A stretch of 64,000 nt of DNA from Eledone cirrhosa (taxonomy: Eukaryota), in NCBI GenBank assembly GCA_964016885.1, contig OZ024742.1:160766001-160830000 (forward strand), in the 5' to 3' direction. Positions 24,518-38,376 of the stretch are shown piece after piece. Below the pieces are notes generated by a model, which saw only the letters and a list, made by a program, of their open reading frames with translations, had not been told where the DNA came from and did not search any database. The stretch's first letter is position 1. Every line of letters begins with the position of its first letter. Made by a program: the position numbers and the translations under genes.

Positions 24518-26649
24518 GAGAGTGGAAGTAAAACAGAACAATTGTACTTGTTCTTGTTGTTTTATTTTGTTTGTTTTTCCTTTTTTTTAAGTATCAGAAC
24601 CAGAAGTGAGATTATTTCAGTTTCGGCTGGGGACTGAAATTGCATCATAGATACACAGTGGGATTGAACTGAGACATCATAAAAGCAAATAGCTTAGTTA
24701 TCTAACACTTGCACCAACTCCACTACCCCTTCATTTGTATGCAAGAAGCAGAGCCTGTTTGTGTAAAATAAATTATGTTATAAACAGCGACAAGCTGACT
24801 GACAACGACATCAGTAACATTTATTTAAAACGATGCATCATTAAGTTATGTAGGGCTGAATAATGGCGGTTACACTTTCTGTTTCTGCTCTGTGTATGTG
24901 CTCGCTCAGCAGGCTGACTGTTTCCTAACCTGATCTACTCAGTAGGCTAACATATCTCCTGCTAACCCCATCTTTTTGCTATCCCCTTTACTGTCAGGAA
25001 GTTACCTTAATGTTTTACCCTGCTATCATTGTTTCATTCCAGCAGAAACTTCTGAACAAAACATTTTAAAACTGTCTGTTTTTGTTGTAGTTGTTATTAG
25101 TTTCATTTTTTTTTTCTTTTTCCCAATGAAGCATCTTGTTAAAAGAGAATTGCTTGCCTTTCTGTGGTAGTGAATACATTTTCATCAATGAATACATAAA
25201 TCTATTTTGCATCTTCGCTATCTGTATAAACGTATGTTCTCTCGCCCTCTCTGATACGCGTAATTATGTATGCACACAAAAGTAAATACATATGCACAAG
25301 TGCTTCGTAAAAACTGTAAAGATCGAGTAATTTTTTTTATCTGTAGATCAGAGAATTCCATTCCTTACTGCAACTTTAAAACCGTAACATTACACGAGAA
25401 TATAGCCGTACAATATACCAAACTGTTCAACAGACACATATCAGACGAGGTTATGTTACCATAATACGACAAGTTCTGGTTTTTCGACAGTGCTGGTTTT
25501 TATACATAAGCTTAAAGCATGGTATTATTAGGAGAGAGAAAATAGCAAGTTGTAGCGCAGATGTTGTTCCTAAGGGCAACAATATATAAAGTTGTTCCAA
25601 CAGGGAATAGATGTCAGTATCACATTACAAAACCAACCACAACCTAATATATGTGTCCAATTTATTTATCAGGTAAAAGACGAAATTAATAGCAGTGTTT
25701 CAGTTCTGAATATCGAAAGAAGATATTATACACCGGTGAATTAGCAAAGTAGGACAAAAGGTCATGCGGTATTTGTTACGGCTCTTTGTACTCTCTATAC
25801 TTCAAATCCAACCAAAGTCATCTTTACGTATAATTTTTCACGGTACTTGAAATAAAGTACTTGTCCAGAATGGTGGTTTGGAGAAATTGCTAGAGTATCA
25901 GGCGAGATATCTTGTGGCATTTGTTCTGGATTTCTTCTGTCCGAGTTCAAATCCCACCGTGGCCTACGTGGCTGGTAGACTTAATCCATCATCTTGTCTA
26001 GAACACCCACCTTGGTTCCCTTAGTGGAGTCCACTTTGTTGCAAGCTTTCCAGCCAGGTCTCCGGCTTTGATACTTTCCTCTCTATCTTCCACTAATCTC
26101 GGAAAACAGTGAAAAGATATTCAACTAGTAAATTATGTCTTCAGAACATTAATTGTTTTCCCACAGTCATAAAGCGTTGGATGATATAAACATGAAAGAT
26201 ACTGAAAGTGATTTGGCTCTTATAAATGGGTAACGACTTATCCAGATCAACATCAGGCCATAAATCCGGGGTGAGGTAACATTGTTGATTGAATCTACCC
26301 TAGTATATGACTGGCATTTATTTTATAGACTTAACTAAATCCCGCAAATAATTTAGTTCGGCACTTTATATTTTCTGCAACTTCACCGCCTTTATCTTGG
26401 AGTAACTACACGAGCAATCCCTGCTTCAGCCCCTTTATCTCATCAACAGTAACCATGGATAAGCCAAAGGAATTCTTTACGTGTTTATTCTGACCGCTAG
26501 AAAAAGTAACCAAATTTTCCCAAAATTGCACCCAACCACCCTAAAATGGTAAAATACATTAAAAATATAACTCCTGATTGTCATGATGACGGTCATGGAT
26601 AGAACGCTTTTGACATGAGAGCTAGCCTGCAGTTAAACAACAATAATAA

Positions 26650-27168
26650 TGATTTCTACTATAGGCACAAGGCCAGTAGTTTGGGGCGAGGGGAAAGTCG
26701 ATTAAATCGACACCAGTGCATTACTGGTACTTTATTTTATCGGCCCCGTAAGGATGAAAGGCAAAGTTAACCTCGGCGGGATAATAACATTGATTTCTAA
26801 TTTAGATACAAGATCAGCAAATTTGGGGAAAGGCAAAGATGATTAAATCAACCCAGTATTTGACTGGTATTTTATTTTATCGACCTTGAGAGGAAAAAAA
26901 GCAAAGATGACTTAGGTGCCATATCTACTCAGAATTTAAAGAGCCAGAACAAATACCACGACGATCTACCAATTCTGTCAACAATAATAATGGTTTCTGA
27001 TTTAGGAACAAGGTCAACTCAGTGCATTACTGGTACTTTATTTTATCGAACCCGTAAGGATGAAAGGCAAAGTTAACCTCGGCGGGATTTGAAGTCAGAT
27101 CATAAAGGGATGTAACTCTATGCTTCAAAGCATGACGTCCGACCCTCTACCGATAGTGCCAATCCACA
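26650..27168 (-). mobile_element. Cluster of three SINE copies
   Basis: Reverse-complement SINE tail and core repeated at ~26650, ~26790 and ~26990. Confidence 0.8.
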
Positions 27169-27418
27169 TAATAATAAATATTTTCTTTTCACAAGGCAGT
27201 AAGATCTCCCAGTTTGGCATTGATGCTTTCTCAGACGGTAGCAGAATAGTAATTAAGAATAAAGAAATTGCATATACATATTTTCAGTGCCATTTCTGTC
27301 GTAACTAATGCTTCACATTAGCAAAACAGTTACATTTGCCAATTTTCTTTCTTTCTTTGTTTCTACGGGTGTGTCTGTGTGTATGTGTGTGAGTGTGCGT
27401 GCGTATATATATATATAT

Positions 27419-28652
27419 GTTTCTTTTATTTGCCACTAGGGCATCAAAAGTGGGACAAGTACAAAGGGGGGAGTTTACACAAAAAGGCGTCCTCAATAAG
27501 GAGGAGGCAATAACAAAATATAAAAATAAAATAAGATATAACAAAAAAATAAAATTTATAACAAAATCCTCAATAGAGAGGAGGCGCCTTGGGGGGTCGC
27601 ACACACCCCCGAAAAAAGTGTGCAACCCTTTTCCTCAGGAGCACAGCGAGGGGGTGCTCCTCGTTCCTTCCTCTTTTCCACCTACAGGCTTATGTAAAGA
27701 GAAGGCCCATTCACACGGGCCATTCTCGCCACTTTCACCCACCTTTCATAAAAACGACTGGGGTGCAGCACCTCTCTCTCCATCCTGATCCTTCTTCCGA
27801 AATGATATCGGAAGAAACGGACCAGTTGTTGGCCAGAGAGAAAGGTGCCTGACCTCAGTCCTTTCAGACGCGTCCACCATACAACCTCTTTCGCCATGGC
27901 TATTACGCACAGAAACACCGCCTCTGCTTCATCTTTGAAGGGGGGAGGCGGCTTGATCATTACAATAGACTCGGTGGTCAACCGGATCGGTCCCACCCTT
28001 GACAGCAGTTGTTCGACATAGCCCCACAGATCGGCTACGCCCGAGCAGTGTACCAATGCGTGTGCAACGGTTTCCTCTTCGCACACGCATCTGGGACAGA
28101 TCTTTTTGGCGGGGTCCCTACCCGGGCGCCCGTGTCTGTAGAGCCTTTCTCGAACGGGTAAAGCCCCTCGGTAGCACTGCCAGGCCAGGGACTTCTGGAA
28201 GTTGTCCATAGGTCCCGGGCTGAATGTCCTACCGAACAGGCTGGCCAGTTCGTCCTCCTCCATGTCTAGGGCTTCTCCGAGGGCGTCGTCGCACCTGCTG
28301 CGCACCAGCCCTCTATAGAATGTTGCGGTGGAGTCTCCACTGATAACCGGATCCGCCTGCCAGAGGGCGGTGAGCGCCTGGGCACACTCAGTGTGCCAGG
28401 CGCCCAGTTTTCTCGGTCTTTGCTTGACCCAGGATTGCAGCTCGGTGAGTGAGACGAGTCTGGGAAAGGTTCGTCTCACAAACGAGGCCCACACCGGTTG
28501 TCCGGTGAGGAATACGTAGAGGTGCCGTAGCCTTAATGCGTGTTTACGCATCATTAGCCACGGCATCCCCAGCCCTCCTTTCGAAGGGTGTTGACATCAG
28601 ATGGATCTCCTCACCATAGGAGCCCGCCTCTTCCAAAGGAATTGGAAGAGCG
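27419..28652 (-). mobile_element. Tx1 copy D (3' part; 5' part runs into the assembly gap)
   Basis: ORF 27682-28566 is nearly identical to the C-terminus of copy C ORF2. The 3' end AATAAAAGAAAC abuts (AT)n. Confidence 0.95.
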
Positions 28653-28852
28653 NNNNNNNNNNNNNNNNNNNNNNNNNNNNNNNNNNNNNNNNNNNNNNNN
28701 NNNNNNNNNNNNNNNNNNNNNNNNNNNNNNNNNNNNNNNNNNNNNNNNNNNNNNNNNNNNNNNNNNNNNNNNNNNNNNNNNNNNNNNNNNNNNNNNNNNN
28801 NNNNNNNNNNNNNNNNNNNNNNNNNNNNNNNNNNNNNNNNNNNNNNNNNNNN
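28653..28852. other. Assembly gap (200 N)
   Basis: Run of N. Confidence 1.
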
Positions 28853-28978
28853 ATTTCCTCGTCTTTATATTTTTTGTTTTCTTGTCTCTAACTATTAATA
28901 CTAGTACATAAGCTAATGTTTTACGGGCGGAATAAGTATTATTCGGTTTCTTCAACAAATGGTAGCAAAGCTATGTTC

Positions 28979-29051
<73 letters not shown>

Positions 29052-29060
29052 ATATGTGTG

Positions 29061-30438
<1,378 letters not shown>

Positions 30439-30587
30439 ATATATAAATATATATATATATGGATGCCGTAGAACACTCCAATGGTAACCGGGCGCCAGCT
30501 GGACGCGCCAGATAGTATATATATCAGAAATAAATATCGTTTTTTTACAAAGACATTATGAAAAAATTATAAAGATTTATATATACA

Positions 30588-30619
<32 letters not shown>

Positions 30620-30870
30620 TTCAGGTCTTTACGAAGGTCCGACTTCCACACCGATCTGTGGCACGCCGCCCAGGCTTTGCTCTTCCTCTCAACCACATTA
30701 TCTTCCGTATTCCCAATCTTTGCTCCCAAATACAGGAAGCCCTCAACCAATTCTAGCGGCTTCCCGCCTACATTAGTGATCCCCTCTGGATTCTCCACAT
30801 TCTCTACCAGATATTTTGTTTTAGTCTCATTCATTCTCAGCCCCACACTCACCGACATCCAGAGTTGACA
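30620..30870 (-). mobile_element. RTE-like LINE fragment (RT C-terminal/thumb region)
   Basis: VGLRMNETKTKYL...VEGFLYLGAKI...RKSKAWAACHR.VWKSDL. Confidence 0.7.
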
Positions 30871-31145
30871 TTGCACTCAGTGCTCTTGTGGGAGCCCCTA
30901 CATGGACACACTGGAAGATGAAGACCAAGGTTAACGTATGTTGATGCCCTAAGGACAGACACTGGTCTGTTGGAGACGCAGGACAGGGCAACGATAATGA
31001 GGGACAGAGACCACTGGAGAGAACTCGTCCATGGATCTCGGGAATTTTACCCGCCCTAGATATATATATATATATATATGTATGTGGGTATATATATATA
31101 TATATTGTATATATATATATATATATTGTATATATATATATATTG

Positions 31146-31174
<29 letters not shown>

Positions 31175-31177
<3 letters not shown>

Positions 31178-31537
31178 AATTAATAAAAATAATGAATAAA
31201 AACAAAGAAACAGTTCCTTATATTAAAAAATTCATCATTTTACGATCGTTTCTAGGATATATATGTGTGTGTTGGTATGTATATCATATAGATCTATGTA
31301 AAATGTTTACAAACTATCAGAGGGAATAAACATACTTACACATATATATGCTGAAGACAGCATATATATGTGTAGGTATGTATATTCCCTCGGATAGTTT
31401 GTAAAAATTTTACATAGATCTATATGATATACATACCAACACACACATATATATCCTAGAAACGATCGTAAAATGATGAATTTTTTTAATATAAGGAACT
31501 GTTTCTTTGTTTTTATTCATTATTTTTAGTAATTTAT
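31175..31537. repeat. Fold-back palindrome (~178-bp arms) turning at a hammerhead core
   Basis: The arms are reverse complements with few mismatches. Centre CTG-AAGA-CAG at 31351-31360; GAAAC-GATC-GTA at 31459-31470. Confidence 0.9.
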
Positions 31538-31810
31538 CTTGACTCTGTTTTCCTGTGTTTTTCATCGAAAATATTTTGAATACCTCTTCTCTTTTCATGA
31601 TATTTAGATTACATTGAGTTCTTCATACTGATTGGACACTACCGTATATTTTGGTAGATTTATCTACATATATATATATATATATATGAATATAGACATA
31701 GAATATTCGAAAATATTCTGTATGTTTATAATAAACATTTTGAAGACCTAATCGCTATAGAATAGAATACGTCACGTATTACAATTAGATTCTCGATAAA
31801 AGTAAGGGAA

Positions 31811-31853
31811 GTAATCTACGCGTTTCATTCTTATTAGAAATCTTCAGGACTAC
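31811..31853 (-). ncRNA. Minimal type I hammerhead ribozyme (also 32121-32163, 32431-32473)
   Basis: Reverse complement of the motif at 32889-32931. Confidence 0.88.
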
Positions 31854-32888
31854 ATATCCAGTGCTTTTATCGAGAATGACACAGCTAGAGACTTATAGAA
31901 TACTTAGCTGTGTACATGAACTGGTTTGAAAGAGCGGTTGCCGGTCCGGCAGAAATTAGAAATTGGAATAAATGCTCTGAAATAGCGATATATATGTGAA
32001 TATAGACATAGAATATTCGAAAATATTCTGTATGTTTATAATAAACATTTTGAAGACCTAATCGCTATAGAATAGAATACGTCACGTATTACAATTAGAT
32101 TCTCGATAAAAGTAAGGGAAGTAATCTACGCGTTTCATTCTTATTAGAAATCTTCAGGACTACATATCCAGTGCTTTTATCGAGAATGACACAGCTAGAG
32201 ACTTATAGAATACTTAGCTGTGTACATGAACTGGTTTGAAAGAGCGGTTGCCGGTCCGGCAGAAATTAGAAATTGGAATAAATGCTCTGAAATAGCGATA
32301 TATATGTGAATATAGACATAGAATATTCGAAAATATTCTGTATGTTTATAATAAACATTTTGAAGACCTAATCGCTATAGAATAGAATACGTCACGTATT
32401 ACAATTAGATTCTCGATAAAAGTAAGGGAAGTAATCTACGCGTTTCATTCTTATTAGAAATCTTCAGGACTACATATCCAGTGCTTTTATCGAGAATGAC
32501 ACAGCTAGAGACTTATAGAATACTTAGCTGTGTACATGAACTGGTTTGAAAGAGCGGTTGCCGGTCCGGCAGAAATTAGAAATTGGAATAAATGCTCTGA
32601 AATAGCGATATATATGTGAATATAGACATAGAATATCGAGAATCTAATTGTAATACGTGACGTATTCTATTCTATAGCGATTAGGTCTTCAAAATGTTTA
32701 TTATAAACATACAGAATATTTTCGAATATTCTATGTCTATATTCACATATATATCGCTATTTCAGAGCATTTATTCCAATTTCTAATTTCTGCCGGACCG
32801 GCAACCGCTCTTTCAAACCAGTTCATGTACACAGCTAAGTATTCTATAAGTCTCTAGCTGTGTCATTCTCGATAAAAGCACTGGATAT

Positions 32889-32931
32889 GTAGTCCTGAAG
32901 ATTTCTAATAAGAATGAAACGCGTAGATTAC
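32889..32931 (+). ncRNA. Minimal type I hammerhead ribozyme (also 33199-33241, 33509-33551)
   Basis: GTAGTC-CTGAAGA-T-TTCT-AATA-AGAA-T-GAAAC-GC-GTA^GATTAC. Stem I GTAGTC/GATTAC, intact core, palindromic stem III ACGCGT. Stem I is extended by ATTCTCGATAAAAG/CTTTTATCGAGAAT. Confidence 0.88.
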
Positions 32932-33704
32932 TTCCCTTACTTTTATCGAGAATCTAATTGTAATACGTGACGTATTCTATTCTATAGCGATTAGGTCTTC
33001 AAAATGTTTATTATAAACATACAGAATATTTTCGAATATTCTATGTCTATATTCACATATATATCGCTATTTCAGAGCATTTATTCCAATTTCTAATTTC
33101 TGCCGGACCGGCAACCGCTCTTTCAAACCAGTTCATGTACACAGCTAAGTATTCTATAAGTCTCTAGCTGTGTCATTCTCGATAAAAGCACTGGATATGT
33201 AGTCCTGAAGATTTCTAATAAGAATGAAACGCGTAGATTACTTCCCTTACTTTTATCGAGAATCTAATTGTAATACGTGACGTATTCTATTCTATAGCGA
33301 TTAGGTCTTCAAAATGTTTATTATAAACATACAGAATATTTTCGAATATTCTATGTCTATATTCACATATATATCGCTATTTCAGAGCATTTATTCCAAT
33401 TTCTAATTTCTGCCGGACCGGCAACCGCTCTTTCAAACCAGTTCATGTACACAGCTAAGTATTCTATAAGTCTCTAGCTGTGTCATTCTCGATAAAAGCA
33501 CTGGATATGTAGTCCTGAAGATTTCTAATAAGAATGAAACGCGTAGATTACTTCCCTTACTTTTATCGAGAATCTAATTGTAATACGTGACGTATTCTAT
33601 TCTATAGCGATTAGGTCTTCAAAATGTTTATTATAAACATACAGAATATTTTCGAATATTCTATGTCTATATTCACATATATATCGCTATTTCAGAGCAT
33701 TTAT

Positions 33705-33740
<36 letters not shown>

Positions 33741-33742
<2 letters not shown>

Positions 33743-34299
33743 TTTTTTCTAATACTTTTTACTAATATATACTTTTCTTTTCCTTTTTACTAATATATCA
33801 CAACTCGTGTGTCACACCTCTATTTTTTAAATATATATATATAATCACATTCTTTCTAACCTGACCGCTGCTACGTCACGATTCTTAGCCATTTTTTAAT
33901 GTATTCTTGGCGCGATCACTTTGGAAAATTTATTGTCTAAATTTGAGCTAACTTCCTGAAGAGTCCGGTGCTCTAGGTGTCCGATGCTATCGGATATATT
34001 AAAATGCGGACGAAACCATGGTAGAGGTAACTAAATATGTTCACTTTTCTCCTAGTTTATTTTACACCTAATTATGTTTGGTTGACTGTATATCTGAGCG
34101 ATTCATACACGCTGTCGAAATACTCGATAAATATTCCGTTGCAACCGACGCGAAGGCTGCTTTCGGTTATTTGTCGGAGATTTCTTCATATAAGCCTTTA
34201 TTCTTATAGCTTGATCTAATCGATTTTTTATATGGTTAATTATGTTAATTGGGAGAGGAAATGGTATATATTTTATCTGGTGATTCTATAGACATGTTT

Positions 34300-34305
<6 letters not shown>
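33741..34305 (+). mobile_element. Solo PLE pseudo-LTR-like element between (TA)n runs
   Basis: Contains an HHR; the 3' part is similar to 38400-38665. Confidence 0.65.
33951..34028 (+). ncRNA. Type I hammerhead ribozyme
   Basis: ACTTC-CTGAAGA-GTCCG...CGGAC-GAAAC-CATG-GTA^GAGGT. Canonical G-C closing pair in stem II; palindromic stem III ACCATGGT. Confidence 0.85.
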
Positions 34306-34383
<78 letters not shown>

Positions 34384-34504
34384 TTATATATATATACATA
34401 TATATATATACATTATATATTTGTGTGTGTGCGTGTGTGCGTGGATCTAGCTGTTGAAACAGCAGTAGCTTAGCCGTCGGGGTCCCGAATTTTTCATATA
34501 TATA

Positions 34505-34695
34505 TACGAGGGTAATCCCAAAAGTAAGGTCTCCTAACGAGGAAAACATGCGTAAGGATCGGCGATCACTCTGGATACTCTCTGCATTTTGGTTCCTGAG
34601 GTTTCCCGAAGCACCATCCACAGGATTTTAACGGAAAAGTTGCAATATCGGAAGTTGTAATATCGGAAGGAGACCTTACTTTTGGGATTGCCCTC

Positions 34696-34698
<3 letters not shown>
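34505..34698. mobile_element. Mariner-type MITE
   Basis: ~30-bp TIRs ACGAGGGTAATCCCAAAAGTAAGGTCTCCT / AGGAGACCTTACTTTTGGGATTGCCCTCGT in TA context. Confidence 0.8.
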
Positions 34699-34745
<47 letters not shown>

Positions 34746-36254
34746 TCTTTGGTCAATATTTTGGTTCGGTATAATAGCATTGTAGTTTTTTTAAATGTTA
34801 AAACTGCCCCATGATAAACAGAAATTGTTTGAATTGAAACACAATCAAAGCATACGGATTTATGTGGGAATGATAGTATCTGAAGATACCGAGAAAATAT
34901 ACAAAACTGAAACACCGAGAAAATATACAAAACTGAAGCTCGTTGTCTGATGAATCCGATACTACTCTAAATATTTTTATTTAGTCTTTGACACCAATAT
35001 ATATTATTGGTTATGTGTTAGTATGTTTGAATATTTAAAAAAGAATAAAATTGAATAAAATGTCAGTTACAATAAATTTCTCACTTGTTATGTCTAGTTT
35101 CCAAAGCATAGAATTAGAAATGATCTTCTGTAGTCCATGGCAATCATTACTTCTTGTGTCTGTATTCTAGTTTCTTCCCTTCACTCTTCGTATCTGTTTA
35201 CTATAAAGTTTCCCGACTTTGTCTTCTCTCTTAAATTATCAAAGCTTACTGGATTTAATCTACTACAACAAACAACAATAGACATAGTTATAACTTACCA
35301 GCCTTTTTCTTTACCTATAATTGTATTAGTTACACGCTTGTCTCTTTCAGACTTTTCTTTTATTTCTCTCGTGTTTACTTTTTTCTTAAAAGCGTGCCGA
35401 TTCATCCATGACAGACGATATGTTATTCAAGTTATTATAATCTCTGTAACATTGCCGTCACAATACGCGAAACCAATATTATTTTCGGTTATCAGAGCGG
35501 TTTCATTATATCTAGAACGGCAATGGCAATTTTTGGAAGCTGTTTATGTCAAAGCATTACAAACTCTTAAATTAGTAAATGCTAATTTGTTTTATGACAC
35601 ACTACACAATCTATTATATTCATCCCCCTTTTATACACTGCCATTCTACCATTCTTCACAACATTGAGATCTGTCCTTTACATACATTTAATTCTCCTCC
35701 ACCACATCGCTTCATAGTTAAATCTATTTAGAAACCTATTCATAACAATAAATGATGTAGGTAAGTGAAACAAACTAAATTAACAGAACTTGAAACATAA
35801 CTAAACACAACAATAAAAGCAAAAATCAATCAATTCTAAAAAAGCAAGAACTAGCTAACGTAATGAAAAAAATAATACAACAATAAATAATTTCCATACC
35901 ATGAGGAAGAAGTGAAAACTAACGTTTCGACCAAAACCTTTGTTGGAAAGAAAAAGCAAACGGAATGGATGAAGAAAATTTAATGCATTTTTCATGTGAC
36001 GTTTGCAGTGTATATGTGTGATAGATTTAAGGGTCAAGCGGAATTCATTTCTTAGGTTAAATAATTCTACACGTCTTTAATATTTGTATGTTATTAAGGA
36101 AAACAAATTGGCTCTATTGAGAAAGAAGAAATGGAATTTAAAAGAGAAAGCGAGTGAGATAACAGATATTAGTGATGAAGAGCAATAGTCAAAGCAAGAC
36201 GAAAATAATAAGAGCAACAGATTTGAAAAAAATGTTGAAAATAAGGGAGGAAAT

Positions 36255-36438
36255 AATTGTTTCTACATTTGGCACACGGCCAGCAATTAACCAGTAGGTT
36301 ACTGGTACTTTATTTTATCGACCCGGAAGGATGAAAGGCAAAGTTAACCTCGGCAGGATTTTAACTCAGATCGCAAGGGGACGTAACTATGCTGGAAAGC
36401 ATGTCCGATCCTCTACCGATACTGCCAATTCACCGCCC
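36255..36438 (-). mobile_element. SINE, dominant family, with target-site duplication
   Basis: Consensus match; TAAGGGAGGAAATAAT is duplicated at 36242 and 36440. Confidence 0.88.
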
Positions 36439-36527
36439 TTAAGGGAGGAAATAATAACCAGAGGAAAAGAACGTTATACCTCGACGCAAACATACGTATA
36501 TATATAAGTAAGTATGCACATGTACAC

Positions 36528-36558
<31 letters not shown>

Positions 36559-36917
36559 ATACAAAGCTTTTTAAGCTTTTGTTTGCAAACAGCGGAGAAT
36601 TTGAAATTAGATAGTGAAAATAGTGCCACCGTTGTATTTTTGACTAAGTAAATTAGTCTCATAATTTTGAGTAATAAAAACCCACAGAAATGGAAAAATG
36701 AATGAGCATCAGCGTACCTGGGACACGAATCCACATCTCTGGCTACTATGGCCATTGTGTTACCATTACACTAATACGCCACTTACACAAATTTCCATTA
36801 TATTGAAGCTATATAATCATAGTGTATGAATACATATATATAAGATACAAAGCTTTTCAGCTGAAAAAGCTTTGTATCTAACTCAATGAATATATCTATA
36901 TATCTAACGCAATGTAT

Positions 36918-36952
<35 letters not shown>

Positions 36953-37293
36953 TGCGGCAGCGGTGGTGTTGGCAACGGTGGCGTTGGTTGTTGTAGTGGT
37001 GACAGCAGCCGTGGTGATGGCAAGAATGGATGTAAGAGTTTTTATCTCCTTCAGAATAAGAATGTGGACTGCAGTTGAAGGTGCAGACAAAGAATAGTGA
37101 CCTTGAGGTGTAGAAAATGTAAGAAGAGAGAATAGAGGAAGACAGCCCGGGTGGTGTGATCTATTATAACCTTAATAAACCGAAACCGTAGTCATTTCCA
37201 GAAGTTAACTGAAGAGTTGGGACTATCTGTTTTTCTGTTGTTTTTTCCATTGTCTTTGATCTGTGCACCCCTATTTTGAATAAATATTATAAA

Positions 37294-37484
37294 GACGGTG
37301 AATTGGCAGTATCGGTAGAGGGTCGGACGCCATGCTTTGACGCATAGATATACGGCCCTTGCCATTCTGAGTTCAAATCCCGCCGAGGTTAACTTTGCCT
37401 TTCATCCTTACGGGGGTCGATAAAATAAAGTACCAGTAATACACTGGGAAATTGCTGGCCTTGTGCCAAAAGTAGAAACAATTA
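37294..37484 (+). mobile_element. SINE, dominant family
   Basis: Consensus match; ATTATAAAGAC occurs at both ends (TSD-like). Confidence 0.88.
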
Positions 37485-37650
37485 TAAAGACTTAGCCAAG
37501 CAGGCTTTTTTTTTTTTGTTTTGTAATTATCATATAAATGAAATCAGTGAAATATATGCAAAGAGAATAAAAGACCTAGTAATGTCATTAAATTAAGCAG
37601 GAAGAACAAATTCTTGTTATGGTAAGCTATTCTATATTATACCTAAGTAT

Positions 37651-37679
<29 letters not shown>

Positions 37680-37681
<2 letters not shown>

Positions 37682-37872
37682 CAAGAAAGAAGAGTGACAC
37701 GATTTGCTATACAATAAGGGCTTTAATCACATTGCTGACAATTGTTTCTCTGAACTGGTAGGTCTAGAGATCGCTACCCGCCTGTTTCTGCGTCAATCGA
37801 TCACCAATACATAGTTATAACCAGTCAAAAGCCCTTATTGTATAGCAAACCGTGTCACTCTTCTTTCTTGAT
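37680..37872. repeat. Inverted repeat (45-bp arms, ~100-bp spacer) adjoining (TA)n
   Basis: ATCAAGAAAGAAGAGTGACACGATTTGCTATACAATAAGGGCTTT and its near-perfect reverse complement at 37828-37872. Confidence 0.9.
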
Positions 37873-38296
37873 TTATCATTACTCCAAGTGTAAACTACAT
37901 AGAAATCACCGCGTACTCGGAGCATCACTATGGAAGCGCCTTGTTGAGTCAAACTTAGCCAAACGTTGATACTATCCACTACTCGGAGTACCCTAACTGG
38001 ACTACATCTAAGTGGACTACCTATAACAATAATTTGTTATCCCGTATATATATATATATATATAAACTGTATATAAAGTTTTGTTGTTCTTAACTACAAA
38101 ACTACAACATCATCGCGTATATCATCTGCATACTGTTGAGGTGTAGACGCGTACTATCCATTAGTATAAAATGTCGGGCTGTAATATAAGAAATGTTTAT
38201 ATAGTTTATGTTTACACACCGAAATTGTCTCAGATATTTTTGTTTAGATTACACTCGTTATACATGTGTATATATATATATATATATTTTTGAGTT

Positions 38297-38376
38297 TATT
38301 TCCTGATGATTCCGAACTCAATGGATTTCCTATTAATAGGATATCTAAAAATACGGATGAAACCATGGTAGGGATA
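38297..38376 (+). ncRNA. Type I hammerhead-like ribozyme in a solo element (~38290-38668) related to 33741-34305
   Basis: TATTTC-CTGATGA-TTCCG...CGGAT-GAAAC-CATG-GTA^GGGATA. Confidence 0.78.

Larger units (their letters stand above)
31680..33710. repeat. 310-bp tandem array: ~3.1 forward units then ~3.5 inverted units, between (TA)n runs
   Basis: Forward unit starts at 31688, 31998, 32308, 32618; flip at ~32635; inverted starts at 32635, 32945, 33255, 33565. No unit differences seen by eye. Confidence 0.97.

Noticed and set aside
28588-28958. ORFs spanning the N run
   Set aside because: Artefacts of translating the assembly gap.
35137-35667. 176-aa hydrophobic ORF
   Set aside because: No recognisable motif or splice structure; composition fits a chance ORF in T-rich sequence.
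37725-37775. HHR inside the spacer of the 37680-37872 inverted repeat
   Set aside because: CTGACAA and GAAC deviate from the core, and the stems are weak.
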